From positions 1-54,919 of IMG/VR virus record IMGVR_UViG_3300027736_000002: 54,919 nucleotides of DNA. One strand, written 5' to 3'. Made by a program: the position numbers and the translations under genes. Every line of letters starts with the position of its first letter. Position 1 is the stretch's first letter. Source of the stretch: a virus. Its lineage: Duplodnaviria > Caudoviricetes. Positions 54,064-54,919 of the stretch are shown here, piece by piece. Below the pieces are notes generated by a model. It did not search any database, was not told the DNA's origin, and was given only the letters and a program-made list of their open reading frames with translations.

Positions 54064-54919
54064 ATGGCTACCCCAATGCGCAGTACCGACTTTAGGTCGG
54101 TTGTTGAGCCGATTATGAACGAGGTGTTCGACGGCGTTTATGAGCAACGTGCTGACGAATGGAAGATGGTCTTCCGTGAGCAAAAAGGCATTCCTCGGAA
54201 TTACCACGAAGAGCCCGTCTTGTACGGTTTCGGCGCGGCTCCTGAGTTGCCTGACGGCATGGCTGTGACCTACCAAAGCGGTGGTGTGCTCTTTATTCAG
54301 CGTTACCTTTACAAAGTGTTTGGCTTGGCCTTCGCGTTGACCAAGGTGCTCGTTGAAGACGGTGACCACATCCGCATCGGTCAGACTTACGCCAAGCACT
54401 TGGCTCAGTCGCTGATTGAGACTAAGGAAACCCTGGCTGCCAACATCCTGAACCGTGCCTTCAACAGCGCGTATCTGGGTGGTGACGGTGTTTCTTTGGT
54501 GTCTACAGCCCACCCGATTGTCAGTGGTACGTTTAGCAACCAGCTAACTACCGCTGCCGCTCTGTCGCAAACATCGCTTGAGCAGATTTTGGTTCAGATT
54601 CGCAACGCTGTTGACAACAACGGCAAGCGTATTCGTCTGGTGCCAAAGAAAATCGTTTCTGGACCCAGCAATGTGTTCCAGGCCGAAGTGCTACTCAAGT
54701 CTGTACTGCGCAGCGGCACTGCTGACAATGACATCAACCCGGTCAAGTCTATGGGCTTGCTGGCTGAAGGTCAGGGCAATCTGTCGCGTATCACGTCTAC
54801 CACCGCTTGGTGGGTCCAGACCGATGCGCCAGACGGTTTGAAGCTGTTGATGCGTCGTGGCTTGGAGAAGTCTATGGAAGGCGACTTTGAGACTGACTCC
54901 ATGCGCTACAAAGCGACAG
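54064..54919 (+). CDS. Major capsid protein, 5' part (ends at 186 across the join); absent from the ORF track
   Basis: AAGGAG RBS; MATPMRSTDFRSVVEP...LAFALTKVLVED...ANILNRAF...GGDGVSL...HP; Mu gpT-like HK97-fold pattern. Confidence 0.9.
   Translation, partial: MATPMRSTDFRSVVEPIMNEVFDGVYEQRADEWKMVFREQKGIPRNYHEEPVLYGFGAAPELPDGMAVTYQSGGVLFIQRYLYKVFGLAFALTKVLVEDGDHIRIGQTYAKHLAQSLIETKETLAANILNRAFNSAYLGGDGVSLVSTAHPIVSGTFSNQLTTAAALSQTSLEQILVQIRNAVDNNGKRIRLVPKKIVSGPSNVFQAEVLLKSVLRSGTADNDINPVKSMGLLAEGQGNLSRITSTTAWWVQTDAPDGLKLLMRRGLEKSMEGDFETDSMRYKAT
54793..54919. repeat. Terminal direct repeat (copy of 1-127)
   Basis: Exact sequence match. Confidence 0.97.

Overview
The window is a complete, circularly permuted dsDNA tailed-phage genome of about 54,792 bp. 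Bases 1-127 repeat bases 54793-54919, and the major capsid gene runs across that join. The virion looks podovirus-like: no tape measure, tube or sheath gene is evident, and there are several large ejection/internal proteins. The likely host is a freshwater betaproteobacterium (inference from gene style only). The + strand arm (about 38.9 kb through the join to 22.1 kb) carries primase-helicase, a candidate origin, VRR-NUC, terminase, a 1456-aa duplicated protein, portal, GroES, scaffold, capsid, adaptors, tail fibres, a lysis cassette and ejection proteins. The - strand arm (38.76 kb to 22.14 kb) carries a Cro-like HTH, SNF2 helicase, DUF2800-type nuclease, DUF932, SSB, a nucleotide/DNA modification cluster, a family B DNA polymerase and many small coupled ORFs. 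The most notable element is the six-gene cluster at 28225-33127. It combines a T4 gp42-like dCMP hydroxymethylase, a double-domain dNTP pyrophosphatase and dCMP deaminase with three enzymes in place of a normal glucosyltransferase: an apparent beta-glucosyltransferase-acceptor/SGNH hybrid, a PLP enzyme and an HhH-fold aGPT-PPase-family protein. Together these suggest a non-glucosyl hypermodification of 5-hydroxymethylcytosine. Also notable are a recurring [MFYK]xxGG peptide at module junctions of several virion proteins, four copies of a promoter/leader-hairpin element, a candidate pseudoknot next to a ribosome-binding site after the capsid gene, and an array of small genes sharing one C-terminus. 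All family assignments come from motif recognition by eye, not from database searches.
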